This document shows positions 1 through 10,138 of a stretch of DNA of 64,000 bases, one piece after another; the first letter of the stretch is position 1; every line of letters starts with the position of its first letter. The position numbers and the translations under genes were made by a program. The DNA is from Methanoculleus sp. (GTDB taxonomy: Archaea; Halobacteriota; Methanomicrobia; Methanomicrobiales; Methanomicrobiaceae), in contig DSDF01000045.1 in the NCBI GenBank assembly GCA_011048835.1, forward strand, positions 3,565 to 67,564. Direction: 5' to 3'. The notes below the pieces were generated by a model. The model saw only the letters and a program-made list of their open reading frames with translations, was not told where the DNA came from and made no database searches.

Positions 1-832
1 TGGTCTCCTTGTCCCCGTGCCAGATGATGTTGATACGCCGCTTCTGCGCATCGCTGGGGTTGGGCAGGTGCCGGACCACCATGTCGAGCACGACCGCGCT
101 CAGGGGGCTGTTCTTGGCGAGGTACTTCATGTCCCCGGCTGTACACTTTTCATAGACATCCTTGAACGAGATCCCGCTCTTCTTCATGAAAGGAACTGAT
201 ACCGCCCAGTTGTAGAGAGCAGAGCCGAATGCCACCGTGCCGTCGACCGCATCCAGTTTCCAGCCGGCCTTGTAGGCCTCCTCGTTCATGCCCTTGATGA
301 GCTTGTTGACCTTGTCGATCACCTTGCCCAGGCGGATCTGCATCTCCATCTCGTCGACCTTCAGCTCATTGATGAGCCGATCCACCTTGTTGATGAAGAG
401 CACGGGGCGGACGCCCTCCTTGAGCGCCTGGCGGAGCACCGTCTCGGTCTGGGGCATGGTCCCCTCCACGGCGTCCACGAGCACCACGGCACCGTCGACG
501 GCGCGCATGGCGCGGGTCACGTCCCCGCCGAAGTCGACGTGCCCGGGAGTGTCGATCATGTTGATCAGGTACTCCTCTCCCCCGTATTCGTGCACCATCG
601 AGACGTTGCTCGAATCGATGGTGATGCCGCGGGCCTGCTCTTCCTCGTCCGAGTCCATGAAGAGCTGGCGCCCGGCGAGCTCCTCGCTGATCATGCCCGC
701 TCCTGCGAGCAGGTTGTCTGAAAGGGTTGTCTTTCCGTGATCAATGTGAGCGACGATGCCGATGTTGCGGATATGCTCCGGCTTGTCCATCAGCGTGGTG
801 ACTCGCTCAACCATCTTTTTCCGTCTTGTCAT
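1..832 (-). CDS. fusA: Translation elongation factor 2 (aEF-2), N-terminal part; the gene runs off the left edge
   Basis: Reverse translation from the ATG at 832-830 gives [42 protein letters not shown]...[12 protein letters not shown], with GTPase G1/G3 motifs. It lies downstream of S12-S7 as in the archaeal str operon. It is absent from the ORF track because the window edge truncates it. Confidence 0.9.
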   Translation of the reverse strand, partial: MTRRKKMVERVTTLMDKPEHIRNIGIVAHIDHGKTTLSDNLLAGAGMISEELAGRQLFMDSDEEEQARGITIDSSNVSMVHEYGGEEYLINMIDTPGHVDFGGDVTRAMRAVDGAVVLVDAVEGTMPQTETVLRQALKEGVRPVLFINKVDRLINELKVDEMEMQIRLGKVIDKVNKLIKGMNEEAYKAGWKLDAVDGTVAFGSALYNWAVSVPFMKKSGISFKDVYEKCTAGDMKYLAKNSPLSAVVLDMVVRHLPNPSDAQKRRINIIWHGDKET

Positions 833-864
833 TGGAATCACCTGAAAAAGAGAGTTATTATGGT

Positions 865-1488
865 CTACCTGGCGGATTTGGCCACGCGTTCGCGTTCTTC
901 TTTCTTGCTCACCGAGAAGCAGCGTGTGTCCGCGTTCGCCGCAGAAATGAGCTCATCCGCGAGGCATGCGCTGACCGATTTTTTCGACTTGTGGGAGGCG
1001 TTGCGCACCCCGCGGCTGATGAAGGTGAGGGCCGAGTCGACCCTGCGCTGGGGTGCCGTGTCCACGGATTTGGGCACATTGATGCCGCCGTACTTCAGGC
1101 GCACGGTCTCCTCGCGGGGGCCCGCATTGGCGATGGCATCCACCAGCACCTCGATAGGGTTCTTCTTGGTCTTTTTGTGGATGATCTCGAATGCTTCCTT
1201 CACGATGCGGATGGTAAGCCCTTTTTTACCGGTATTGTGCTCCGTCTGCATCAGCTTGTTGATGAGGCGCTCGACGATGAGCATCTCGCTCTTGGCAAAC
1301 TGTGTTCCTGCGAGCTTGCCGCAGGAGTGCGGGACGATCATCGACTGGAGGTTGACGTACCTGACCAGTCCGGGGTCCTTGATCTGCACTTCGTTGATAT
1401 CCCAGCGGTTGAAGAGGAGGTTCTGCGGCAGCGGTTCCTGCTGTTCTCCGGCATCTACGGTCTGTTCTGCATCTGTCATGTGCATCAC
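865..1488 (-). CDS. rps7: 30S ribosomal protein S7 (uS7)
   Basis: The 207-aa ORF contains [34 protein letters not shown] and [22 protein letters not shown], typical of uS7. Its start overlaps the S12 stop by 4 nt. Confidence 0.95.
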   Translation of the reverse strand: MMHMTDAEQTVDAGEQQEPLPQNLLFNRWDINEVQIKDPGLVRYVNLQSMIVPHSCGKLAGTQFAKSEMLIVERLINKLMQTEHNTGKKGLTIRIVKEAFEIIHKKTKKNPIEVLVDAIANAGPREETVRLKYGGINVPKSVDTAPQRRVDSALTFISRGVRNASHKSKKSVSACLADELISAANADTRCFSVSKKEERERVAKSAR

Positions 1489-1913
1489 CTGCGCGGTTTC
1501 TCCTTGCGTCCGAGCACCATTTCCCGGAGCGACACGTTGTTGACCGCGGTCACCTGGAACCGCACCCCGGGAATGTCTCCCTTTGAACGGCCCAGTCTGC
1601 CGCCGATCCCCTCGATGGTCACTTCATCGTGCTCGTCGATGAAATTGATTGCGCCGTCGCCCACGGCAAATGCGGTGACCTGGCGTCCGTTTTTGATCAG
1701 CTGCACGCGCACGCACTTGCGGATCGCGGAGTTCGGCTGCTTCGCTTCCACACCCACCTTCTCGAGCACAATCCCGCGTGCCTGCGGTGCTCCCTCGAGC
1801 GGGTCCGACTTAATATCCAGGCCAAGCTGGCGGCGCGAGTAGTTCACGTCTCGCCATCTGCGCTTTTTTGCGTCACGCTTGCAGGCTCTGGCTGCAAATT
1901 TTCCTTTTCCCAT
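1485..1913 (-). CDS. rps12: 30S ribosomal protein S12 (uS12)
   Basis: The 142-aa ORF contains [29 protein letters not shown], the uS12 signature. A GAGG lies about 9 nt upstream of the ATG. Confidence 0.95.
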   Translation of the reverse strand: MGKGKFAARACKRDAKKRRWRDVNYSRRQLGLDIKSDPLEGAPQARGIVLEKVGVEAKQPNSAIRKCVRVQLIKNGRQVTAFAVGDGAINFIDEHDEVTIEGIGGRLGRSKGDIPGVRFQVTAVNNVSLREMVLGRKEKPRR

Positions 1914-2134
1914 TATATACCCTCAAAATTCTATTTCACAATGAGATGGGCTGACCTCTTTGAGGTAATAATTTTCGTTCGGGAATGATTTATATATTGT
2001 GGCCTCCCCCCGCGAACGGTGCATCGGCGCCGCGCCCGAAAGGCGCGGATGTCGCGGTGAGAATCATCGATTTCTGCCCGAATGCGGTCCCAGCAGGCTC
2101 ATGTCTTATATGCGCGGCTGGCGAACAGTGTACA

Positions 2135-2548
2135 ATGATTTCCCGAATATATAAGGAAGCGTATTTTGAAGCCAGCCACCGTCTCCTCCACTATGCTGGC
2201 AAATGCTTCCGGCTCCACGGCCACCAGTGGCGGGTTGAGGTCTGGATGGAGGGCCGGGTGGATGAAACGACCCGGATTCTCGTCGATTACAACTGCATCA
2301 AGGAGGTCGTCCGGCGGTTCGATCACCAGGTGATCCTCAACGTCGACGACCCCATGATCGAGTGCCTCTCCCGGTTCCAGGAGGTCGTCACGACGGACGG
2401 CGACCCGACGAGCGAGCTCCTTGCCGCAGTGATCGCACAGGCGATCAACGATGCCTGCCGCACGCAGAACCTCGATGCACGCGTGACCCGGATCCGGGTC
2501 TGGGAATCCACGAGCTGCTATGCCGAGTGCACCTATGAAGATCAGTGA
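2135..2548 (+). CDS. queD: 6-carboxy-5,6,7,8-tetrahydropterin synthase (QueD / PTPS family)
   Basis: From the internal ATG at 2135 the protein reads MISRIYKEAYFEASHRL...LHGHQWRVEV (His-rich PTPS motif). The upstream 50 codons of ORF 1985.. are unlike the family and overlap promoter-like AT-rich DNA. A TATA-like CTTATATG lies about 27 nt upstream. Confidence 0.85.
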   Translation: MISRIYKEAYFEASHRLLHYAGKCFRLHGHQWRVEVWMEGRVDETTRILVDYNCIKEVVRRFDHQVILNVDDPMIECLSRFQEVVTTDGDPTSELLAAVIAQAINDACRTQNLDARVTRIRVWESTSCYAECTYEDQ

Positions 2549-3143
2549 ACTGTTCAGGAGCATTCAGGGCGAAGGGCTCAATCAGGGATGCACCAGCGTG
2601 TTTGTCCGTCTTGCTGGCTGCAACCTCGACTGCGCGTGGTGCGATACCCGGTACGCACGCGAGGGGGGGGCCGATATGACGGTGGAGGAGGTGGCTGCGC
2701 ATATCGGCCGGCTCGGCAGGCGGCGGGTCTGCATCACCGGAGGAGAACCGCTGCTCCAGGCCGACGAGCTCCTCCTCCTGCTGGAGAGGCTTGGGGCAGA
2801 CGGCTATGACGTGGAGATAGAGACGAACGGGACGATCGACGTCCGGCCGTTTCAGGAGTACGCCGCCATCTGCATGGACGTCAAATGCCCCTCATCCGGC
2901 GAGGCGAGCGACACCTCGCTGCTCGCGTACCTGACGGCCCGGGACTGCGTGAAATTCGTGGTGAGCGGGCCCGCCGATCTGGCGTACGCGAGCGGCGTCA
3001 TCGCCCGCATACCGCCCGGCCCCGGGATCATCATTACCCCCGTTGCGGGCAGCGACGTGGCGGCGATCGCCGCGTATATTCTCGAGCACGACCTGCCCGT
3101 GCGCCTGCAGGTGCAGCTGCACAAAATCATCGGGGTAAAATGA
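2535..3143 (+). CDS. queE: 7-carboxy-7-deazaguanine synthase (radical SAM QueE)
   Basis: MKISELFRSIQGEGLNQGCTSVFVRLAGCNLDCAWCDT carries the CX3CX2C-like radical-SAM cluster motif typical of QueE. The start could instead be 2520. Confidence 0.85.
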   Translation: MKISELFRSIQGEGLNQGCTSVFVRLAGCNLDCAWCDTRYAREGGADMTVEEVAAHIGRLGRRRVCITGGEPLLQADELLLLLERLGADGYDVEIETNGTIDVRPFQEYAAICMDVKCPSSGEASDTSLLAYLTARDCVKFVVSGPADLAYASGVIARIPPGPGIIITPVAGSDVAAIAAYILEHDLPVRLQVQLHKIIGVK

Positions 3144-3814
3144 TGAAGGCGGTCTGCCTGCTCTCGGGAGGGATGGATTCCTCCACCCTCGCGTATGTTG
3201 CGCGGGACATGGGCTATGTGGTCTACGCCCTCCATATGGCCTACGGCCAGCGCACCGAGAATCGTGAACGTGAATGCGCCCGGAAAATCTCGGAATTGCT
3301 CGGCGCCGAGGAATTTCTCGAGATCAGTCTTGCCTATTTTGCCCGCATCGGGGGCAGCAGCCTCGTGGACCGTGCGATGGCGATCGCTGACCACGTGGAG
3401 GGTGAGACCGCCATGCCCTCGACCTATGTGCCGTTTCGCAACGCGAACCTGCTTTCCATTGCCACCTCGTACGCCGAGGCGAGGGGTGCGGATGCCATTT
3501 TCATTGGCGTGCAGGCATCGGACTATGCGGGGTACCCGGACTGCCGCCCCGAGTTCATCGATGCCTTCCAGCGCGTGATCGATCTGGGGACGGCGGACAG
3601 CACACGCATACGGCTCATCACCCCCTTCGTCCGCATGAACAAGGCCGATATCCTGCGCACCGGTATCGATCTCGGGGTGCCCTACGAACACACCTGGTCG
3701 TGCTACCGCAGCGACGGCCCCGCCTGCGGGCGCTGCGATTCCTGTTTCTACCGTCTGGAGGCCTTCCGGCGGGTGGGAGCCCGGGACCCGATCGCGTACG
3801 CGGAGGAGCGGTAA
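3140..3814 (+). CDS. queC: 7-cyano-7-deazaguanine (preQ0) synthase
   Basis: From the ATG at 3140 the protein reads MMKAVCLLSGGMDSSTLAY (PP-loop SGGxDS), with a C-terminal CGRCDSCFYR zinc motif. The start overlaps the queE stop (ATGA). Confidence 0.9.
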   Translation: MMKAVCLLSGGMDSSTLAYVARDMGYVVYALHMAYGQRTENRERECARKISELLGAEEFLEISLAYFARIGGSSLVDRAMAIADHVEGETAMPSTYVPFRNANLLSIATSYAEARGADAIFIGVQASDYAGYPDCRPEFIDAFQRVIDLGTADSTRIRLITPFVRMNKADILRTGIDLGVPYEHTWSCYRSDGPACGRCDSCFYRLEAFRRVGARDPIAYAEER

Positions 3815-4311
3815 TGGAGATCTATCGGGGAAAACGGCTGCGGATCGAGACGCACGATGTTGCGCTCCCCGGGGGGAGAAAAAAAGAGCGGGTGGTGGTG
3901 CGGCCGGGCGGTGCGGTTGCCATCCTCCCTGTCGAGGAGGACTGCTGCCACCTCATCCGCCAGTACCGCCACGCCATCGACCGCACCATACTCGAGGTAC
4001 CCGCGGGAACGATGGACGAGGGCGAGACGCCGGAGGAGACCGCCCGCCGGGAACTGATCGAGGAGACGGGGATGGCCGCAGAAACGCTGACCCCGCGGGG
4101 CTATATCTACACCACGCCGGGATTTACCGACGAGGTCATCCACCTGTTTGAGGCGCGCAAGCTCTCCCTCTCGAGCGAGTACGCCATGGATGAGGACGAG
4201 GTGATCGAGCCGGTGCGCGTGGCGCGTGACGCCCTGCCCGGCATGATCCGCAGCGGCGCTATCGTCGATGCAAAGACCATCTGCCTTATCTGCCGCTGTC
4301 TCGGGTGGTAG
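3814..4311 (+). CDS. Nudix hydrolase (ADP-ribose pyrophosphatase-like)
   Basis: Nudix box GTMDEGETPEETARRELIEETG. The start ATG overlaps the queC stop (TAATG). Confidence 0.8.
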   Translation: MEIYRGKRLRIETHDVALPGGRKKERVVVRPGGAVAILPVEEDCCHLIRQYRHAIDRTILEVPAGTMDEGETPEETARRELIEETGMAAETLTPRGYIYTTPGFTDEVIHLFEARKLSLSSEYAMDEDEVIEPVRVARDALPGMIRSGAIVDAKTICLICRCLGW

Positions 4312-4363
4312 CATTGCATCGCGGGTTGGTATTCCTCACCGGCATCGTTTTTGCCGCCGCCCC

Positions 4364-4537
4364 GTGCGCATCTTCCACGCGCCCCTCGACCGGGCCATCG
4401 CCTTCGATCAGGGGATGGCGCTCTTGTACCGCGCCCGTGAACCGAAGGATTTCATCGCCTTCAACAGCACCCATGGCATCTGCGACGAGGTCGATGATCG
4501 GGTGATCGCAGACGTCCTCACCTTTAATGCACCCTGA
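4364..4537 (+). CDS. Possible small hypothetical protein (about 57 aa, GTG start)
   Basis: This frame has clearly higher third-position GC than the antisense ORF 4286..4474. No recognisable domain was seen and the start is uncertain. Confidence 0.25.
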   Translation: MRIFHAPLDRAIAFDQGMALLYRAREPKDFIAFNSTHGICDEVDDRVIADVLTFNAP

Positions 4538-4576
4538 ACGTGAAGAATATATGATTCTTTACTGGAGATAGGGAGA

Positions 4577-5848
4577 ATGGCTGAAGATACCGGACTGGAT
4601 ACCGCACGAAAACAATACGAGTTCAAAAAGACGCTTGAGAAACTGGCAGAAAAGGAGGGGAGCGGGACCGAGCTGATCACCATCTACATCCCGCCCGACA
4701 AGCAGATCTCCGATGTCACCTCGCAGCTGCGCGACGAATTCGGCCAGTGCTCCAACATCAAAAGCAAACAGACGCGTACCAACGTCCAGAGCGCCATCTC
4801 TTCCATCCTTTCACGCCTGAAATACTACAACCGGCCGCCCGAGCACGGCATGGCTGTCTTCTGCGGCACCATCAAGCTCGGCGGAGACCGCACCACCCTT
4901 GACTGCACCATCATCGAGCCGCCCGAGCCCGTGGGGCTCTACATGTACCGCTGCAGCTCCCACTTCGAGCTCGAACCCCTCATGGCGATGCTCGAGGAGA
5001 AGGTGGTCTACGGGCTGATCGTGATCGACCGCAGGGAAGCCTATATCGGGTTTTTGCGCGGCAACCGCATTGAGCCCATGTCGGGGGTGACCTCCACCGT
5101 GCCGGGCAAGCAGCGCAAGGGCGGCCAGTCGGCGATGCGGTTCCAGCGGCTCCGCCTCATCGCCATCAACGAATTCTACAAGAAAGTCGGCGACCGGGCG
5201 AGCGAAATATTCCTGGCCGAGAAGGACTTCTTCGAACGGTTCAAGGGGGTGCTGATCGGGGGGCCAACGCCGACCAAGGAGGAGTTCGCGGACGGTGATT
5301 TCCTCCACCACGAGCTGCAGAAACGCATCGTCGGCCTCTTCGACGTCTCCTACACCAACGAGAGCGGGCTCGCCGAGCTGGTGGACGCGGCGCAGGACGC
5401 CCTGCGCGGCGTGGAGGTGATGAAGGAGAAGCAGGTGATGGACCGCTTCTTCAAGGAGCTCGTCAAGGATGACGGGGTTGCCGCCTACGGTGAGGAGAGC
5501 GTGCGCAAGAACCTTGAGCTGGGCGCGGTGGACACCCTGCTGCTCTCGTCGGTCCTGCGCAAGGCGCGGGTCAGGATCGAGTGCCAGAACTGCGACTATG
5601 CGGAGGAGCGAACGGTCCAGCTCGAGCCCGGAAAGAGCCTGCGCGACATGGAACTGGGCAACTGCGAAAAGTGCAGCGCCCCCCTCTACCTCGCGGATGA
5701 GACCGACATCATCGATGAGCTGACCGAACTGGCGGATGCGAGCAGCACGGGGGTGCGGATCATCTCCGACGATTTCGAGGAGGGCGCCATGCTCTACAAT
5801 GCATTTGGCGGCATTGCAGCAATTCTTCGTTACAGGACGGGATACTGA
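4577..5848 (+). CDS. prf1: Peptide chain release factor aRF1
   Basis: The 423-aa protein has the GGQ motif (PGKQRKGGQSAMRF) and an NIKS-like motif (CSNIKSKQTR). Confidence 0.95.
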   Translation: MAEDTGLDTARKQYEFKKTLEKLAEKEGSGTELITIYIPPDKQISDVTSQLRDEFGQCSNIKSKQTRTNVQSAISSILSRLKYYNRPPEHGMAVFCGTIKLGGDRTTLDCTIIEPPEPVGLYMYRCSSHFELEPLMAMLEEKVVYGLIVIDRREAYIGFLRGNRIEPMSGVTSTVPGKQRKGGQSAMRFQRLRLIAINEFYKKVGDRASEIFLAEKDFFERFKGVLIGGPTPTKEEFADGDFLHHELQKRIVGLFDVSYTNESGLAELVDAAQDALRGVEVMKEKQVMDRFFKELVKDDGVAAYGEESVRKNLELGAVDTLLLSSVLRKARVRIECQNCDYAEERTVQLEPGKSLRDMELGNCEKCSAPLYLADETDIIDELTELADASSTGVRIISDDFEEGAMLYNAFGGIAAILRYRTGY

Positions 5849-7512
5849 TGTTTCTAGCGACCTACCAAGCGATCGAAAAGGCCCTGAGGGCGAGCACCGG
5901 CGTTGAGGACGTGCAGCTCGTCGACGGCGGCGAACATGCCGACCTCGCCTCCACCGTGGCGTTCAGGCTGGCAAAAGAGCGAAAAAAAGCCCCCGCGGCG
6001 ATTGCGCAGGATATCGCCGCGGCGATCGCCGGCACGCTGGACGACCTGGATGTGACGGTCGAGGTGATCGGCCCCTACATCAACTTCATCTTCGGCAGCC
6101 GGTATGCCAGCCGCGCGGCGGAAGCGGCGCTCGTCGAGGGCTACGGGCAGCTCCCTGCGCGGCAGGAGGCTGCCTGCATCGAGCACACCAGCGCAAACCC
6201 GAACGGCCCGTTGCATGTCGGGCATATCAGGAACTCGATCATCGGCGATACCCTGGCCCGAGCATTCCGCAAGGCCGGCCACCCGCTCGAGGTGCAGTAC
6301 TACCTTAACGACATGGGACGCCAGATCGCCATTGTTTCGTGGGGCTTCGACACCCTCGCCATCGAACCCCATGAGGGAGAGAAGGGCGACCACTATATCG
6401 CCCGCGTCTATGTCGCCGCCAACCGGGCGATCGGCGACGACCCGGCGATCGTCGCCGAGATCGATCGGAGGATGGCGCGTATCGAGCAGGGGGACCCCGA
6501 GATCGTCGGGAAATTCCGGCATGTCGTCTCGATGTGCGCCGAGGGCATCAAAGCGACGCTCGATCGGCTCAACGTGCACCACGACCGCTACATCTGGGAG
6601 AGCGATTTCGTCCGGAACGGGCAGATGGAGACCACCCTCGACCGGATCGCGAGCCTGCCCGAGTGCAGCCACGACGACGTCCTCTCCCTCGATCTCACCG
6701 GGTGCGGCTTTGAAAAGCGCTACGTACTCCGCCGAAGCGACGGGACGTCGGTTTACGCGGCCCGCGATCTCGCCTACCATATCTGGAAGGGCAGCAATTT
6801 CGACGATATTATCGACGTGCTCGGCGCCGACCACAAGCTGATCGGTGCCCAGCTGATTGCCACACTCGGGCTGCTCGGGGAGAACGCGCCCGAAATCGTC
6901 TATTTCGAGTTCGTCTCCCTTCCCGAGGGCTCCATGAGCACGCGGCGGGGCACCTTCGTCTCCGCCGACGAGCTGATCGACGAGGTCACCGAACGGGCGC
7001 TCGAGGAGGTGACCGTCCGCCGCCCCGAGCTCGACCTGGATGAGCGTCTCGCCATCGCCCGTTCGGTGGCGGTGGGTGCCATCAGGTACGACATCGTCCG
7101 CGTCTCGCCCGACAAGAGCACCGTCTTCGACTGGAAGGAGGCGCTGAACTTCGAGCGGCAGAGCGCCCCTTACATCCAGTACGCCCACGCCCGCGCCTGC
7201 AGCATTCTCGCCAGAGCAGGGGAGTTCGAGGCGGCATGCGACCTTGCGACCGACAACGAGATCGCGCTCGCAAAGCACATCGCCCGCTTCCCCGTGATGA
7301 TCGCGAGGGTGGTTGAAGAGCGACGACCGCACATGCTCGCCACCTATGCCCGGGAGCTCGCAGACCTCTTCAACCAGTTCTACCGGTACGAACCGGTGCT
7401 GAAAAGCGGGGGTGCGGTGCGGGACTCACGGCTCACCCTCGTGAAAGCGGCGCAGAACACCCTCCGGGAAACTCTCGAAACCCTCGGTATCGATGCACTC
7501 CGAAGCATGTAA
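5848..7512 (+). CDS. argS: Arginine--tRNA ligase
   Basis: Class I HIGH motif (NPNGPLHVGHIRNS), an MSTRRG KMSKS-like motif, and a C-terminal DALR anticodon-binding region. The start overlaps the aRF1 stop (TGATG). Confidence 0.95.
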   Translation: MFLATYQAIEKALRASTGVEDVQLVDGGEHADLASTVAFRLAKERKKAPAAIAQDIAAAIAGTLDDLDVTVEVIGPYINFIFGSRYASRAAEAALVEGYGQLPARQEAACIEHTSANPNGPLHVGHIRNSIIGDTLARAFRKAGHPLEVQYYLNDMGRQIAIVSWGFDTLAIEPHEGEKGDHYIARVYVAANRAIGDDPAIVAEIDRRMARIEQGDPEIVGKFRHVVSMCAEGIKATLDRLNVHHDRYIWESDFVRNGQMETTLDRIASLPECSHDDVLSLDLTGCGFEKRYVLRRSDGTSVYAARDLAYHIWKGSNFDDIIDVLGADHKLIGAQLIATLGLLGENAPEIVYFEFVSLPEGSMSTRRGTFVSADELIDEVTERALEEVTVRRPELDLDERLAIARSVAVGAIRYDIVRVSPDKSTVFDWKEALNFERQSAPYIQYAHARACSILARAGEFEAACDLATDNEIALAKHIARFPVMIARVVEERRPHMLATYARELADLFNQFYRYEPVLKSGGAVRDSRLTLVKAAQNTLRETLETLGIDALRSM

Positions 7513-8386
7513 GGCCCTCAAAAAGCAGGGCTACCAGTTCTTCAACGACCGCTCCTCCGCAGCGCTCAAGCCGTGCATGTGGAACAAGCGGACGCTGCGG
7601 GGCGGGGAGATGTGCTACAAGCACACCTTCTACGGCATCGAGAGCCACCGCTGCGTCCAGATGACGCCGATCCTCCGGTGCAACCAGCGGTGCCTCTTCT
7701 GCTGGCGCTCGATGGAGCACGAGGTTGTTGAGGAGGAGGAGATCGATCCCGCCGAGATCGTGGAGAGGGTCCCGGCGCTCCAGAAAAAGGCGCTCTCGGG
7801 GTTCAAGGTCTCGCAGTACGTCACGCCGGAGCGCTTTTCCGAGGCGCTCGACCCCACTATGGTGGCCATCTCCCTCTCCGGCGAGCCGACCTGCTACTCC
7901 CGCCTCCCCGAGCTGATCGATCTCTTCAACGGGGAGGGCTACACAACGTTCCTGGTCAGCAACGGCACGAGGCCCTGGGTGCTCGAGCGGTGCCGGCCCT
8001 ACCAGCTCTACGTGTCCCTGGATGCGCCGGACCGCGAGACGTATCTGCGGATCTGCCGGCCGAAGGGCGATTACTGGGAATTCCTCCAGGAGAGCCTCAC
8101 CTCGCTGGCCTCCCGCCGTTCGGTGATCCGCGTAACCGTGGTGCAGGGACTCAACGATTTCGGTGCGGAGGGCTATGCCCGGATGATCCAGGACTCGGGG
8201 GCGGACTTCGTCGAGGTCAAGGGATACATGTATCTTGGATACAGTCGAAAAAGGCTTTCACGGGAGAACATGCCGGAACACGAGCATGTGCGGGAGTTTG
8301 CAGAGGCGATTGCGGAGCACTGCGACTATCGCCTGCTCGATCAACGTCCCATCTCACGCGTGGTCTGTCTGGAGCGAGGTCCATGA
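7493..8386 (+). CDS. taw1: tRNA 4-demethylwyosine synthase (radical SAM Taw1/TYW1)
   Basis: [48 protein letters not shown] carries the auxiliary and radical-SAM Cys clusters typical of TYW1. It overlaps the argS 3' end by 20 nt. Confidence 0.85.
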   Translation: MHSEACKALKKQGYQFFNDRSSAALKPCMWNKRTLRGGEMCYKHTFYGIESHRCVQMTPILRCNQRCLFCWRSMEHEVVEEEEIDPAEIVERVPALQKKALSGFKVSQYVTPERFSEALDPTMVAISLSGEPTCYSRLPELIDLFNGEGYTTFLVSNGTRPWVLERCRPYQLYVSLDAPDRETYLRICRPKGDYWEFLQESLTSLASRRSVIRVTVVQGLNDFGAEGYARMIQDSGADFVEVKGYMYLGYSRKRLSRENMPEHEHVREFAEAIAEHCDYRLLDQRPISRVVCLERGP

Positions 8387-9963
8387 GGTTCGATGCCGAC
8401 AAATTCAGGAAACTGTCACGGGAAGATTTTGAAACAGCGTGGTATACGGGTCCGGAGGTGCTGACGCCCCCTGGTGTTGCGGGCACCTACCCGCGCCGGC
8501 GCTACCGGCGCGCGAGCCCCCACCCGATCAGCGAGACGATTCAGCGCCTGCGGCAGGTGTACCTGTCGATGGGGTTCGATGAAGCGTGCAACCCCCTGAT
8601 GATCGAGGAGAAAGATGTCTACCGCCAGTTCGGGCCTGAGGCGAGCGCCGTGCTCGACCGGGTGTTCTACTTAGGGGGCCTGCCGCGGCCCAACGTGGGG
8701 ATCGCGCAGGCGCAGATCGAGCGGATCGGCGCCATTACCGGCCGGGCCCTCAGCACTGAACACGCGAACAAGATGCGGGAGACCCTCCACGCCTACAAGA
8801 AATCGGTCATCGACGGCGACGAGCTGACCCACGAGATCGCATCGGTGCTCGAGGTTGACGATGCGGTCGCCCTGCGGATCCTCGATGAGGTGTTTCCTGA
8901 ATTCAAGGAACTGGCCCCGGAATCGTCGCGGACGACCCTGCGCAGCCACATGACGAGCGGATGGTTCATCTCCTTAGGTGCGCTCTGGGAGCATGCGCCC
9001 CTCCCGATACGGCTCTTTTCGGTGGACCGCTGTTTCCGGCGCGAGCAGGAGGAGAGCGCCACCCGCCTGATGACCTACCACTCGGCATCCTGCGTGGTGG
9101 CGGCGGAGGATGTCACCAACGAGGAGGGCAAGGCGGTGAGCGAGGCACTGCTCTCCGCGTTCGGGTTCACCGATTTCAAATTCCTCCCGGACGAAAAACG
9201 CTCCAAGTACTATATGCCGGACACGCAGACCGAGGTCTACGCACGCCACCCGGTGCACGAATGGGTGGAGGTGGCGACGTTCGGGATGTACAGCCCTTCG
9301 GCGCTGGGCGAGTACGGCATCGAGGTGCCGGTGATGAACCTCGGGCTCGGCGTGGAACGGCTGGCAATGCTCGCCTATCAGGCCGACGACGTGCGCCGCC
9401 TCACCTTCCCCCAGTTCTTCCCGCACTCCCTCTCCGATCGCGCCATCGCCGCGCAGGTTGGCCTGCGCGAGGAGCCGGCAACGGTTGCGGGACGGCACCT
9501 TGCCCTTGCCATCCGCGAGGGTGCCGCAACGCATGCCGCCGAGCCCGGCCCCTGCTCGTTTGCGGTATGGGAGGGCTCTCTCGGGCACACCGCGATCAGG
9601 GTGTTCGTGGAAGAGCCGGAATCGAACACCAGACTGCTCGGCCCTGCCTGTTTCAATGAAATTTTCGTCTACCAGGGTTCGGTGCTCGGCGTCCCGGACA
9701 CCGACAAGTGGGCGGAGGTGCGAAAACTGGGCGCCTCCACCGCCATCACCTATCTCGATGCGGTCGCCAACCTTGCCGCCGCACGCATCGAAGACGCGGC
9801 ACGCTGCGGCGGTGAGACGACGGTGCAGGTGAAGATTGTGAAACTCCCCGGCGACATCAACGTGAAAATCGGGGAATCCGCCATGCGGTTCATCACGGAC
9901 AACAACAAAAAGGTGGATGTGCGGGGCCCGGTGTTCATGACCGTCCGCTCCGAACTGGCCTGA
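8383..9963 (+). CDS. sepS: O-phosphoserine--tRNA(Cys) ligase (SepRS)
   Basis: From the ATG at 8383 the protein reads [23 protein letters not shown]...[11 protein letters not shown]...[13 protein letters not shown], a PheRS-alpha-like class II core typical of SepRS. ATGA overlap with taw1. The upstream part of ORF 7990.. is an artefactual extension. Confidence 0.85.
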   Translation: MRFDADKFRKLSREDFETAWYTGPEVLTPPGVAGTYPRRRYRRASPHPISETIQRLRQVYLSMGFDEACNPLMIEEKDVYRQFGPEASAVLDRVFYLGGLPRPNVGIAQAQIERIGAITGRALSTEHANKMRETLHAYKKSVIDGDELTHEIASVLEVDDAVALRILDEVFPEFKELAPESSRTTLRSHMTSGWFISLGALWEHAPLPIRLFSVDRCFRREQEESATRLMTYHSASCVVAAEDVTNEEGKAVSEALLSAFGFTDFKFLPDEKRSKYYMPDTQTEVYARHPVHEWVEVATFGMYSPSALGEYGIEVPVMNLGLGVERLAMLAYQADDVRRLTFPQFFPHSLSDRAIAAQVGLREEPATVAGRHLALAIREGAATHAAEPGPCSFAVWEGSLGHTAIRVFVEEPESNTRLLGPACFNEIFVYQGSVLGVPDTDKWAEVRKLGASTAITYLDAVANLAAARIEDAARCGGETTVQVKIVKLPGDINVKIGESAMRFITDNNKKVDVRGPVFMTVRSELA

Positions 9964-10138
9964 GCCGGACGGGCCACAATTCCCCCTGCTGCGCGGCCCT
10001 GCGGGGCGCCCCGCGGCGGGGGTGGTTTTCATGCACCACAGCCATTTTTTATTCCATTGGGTTCAAGGATTATCGTTCTGGATAACCCATAAAGCATATC
10101 TTTTTAAATTGTCTTGTGCCACCCAGAGTTACCCCGGG

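Noticed and set aside
2030-2048. A GC-rich hairpin CCGCGCC-cgaaa-GGCGCGG in the S12/queD divergent intergenic region
   Set aside because: It is a short 7-bp stem in GC-rich DNA, lies upstream of both inferred TATA boxes, and is not followed by a T-tract. It is probably fortuitous.
5854-7332. Long antisense ORFs opposite argS (492 aa), and similarly 8974-10032, 41551-42879, 54015-55064, 60392-61309, 34602-35756 and 31383-32036
   Set aside because: Each is antisense to a gene with clear family signatures. Composition is skewed to R/G/P/D/H and no recognisable domains are present.
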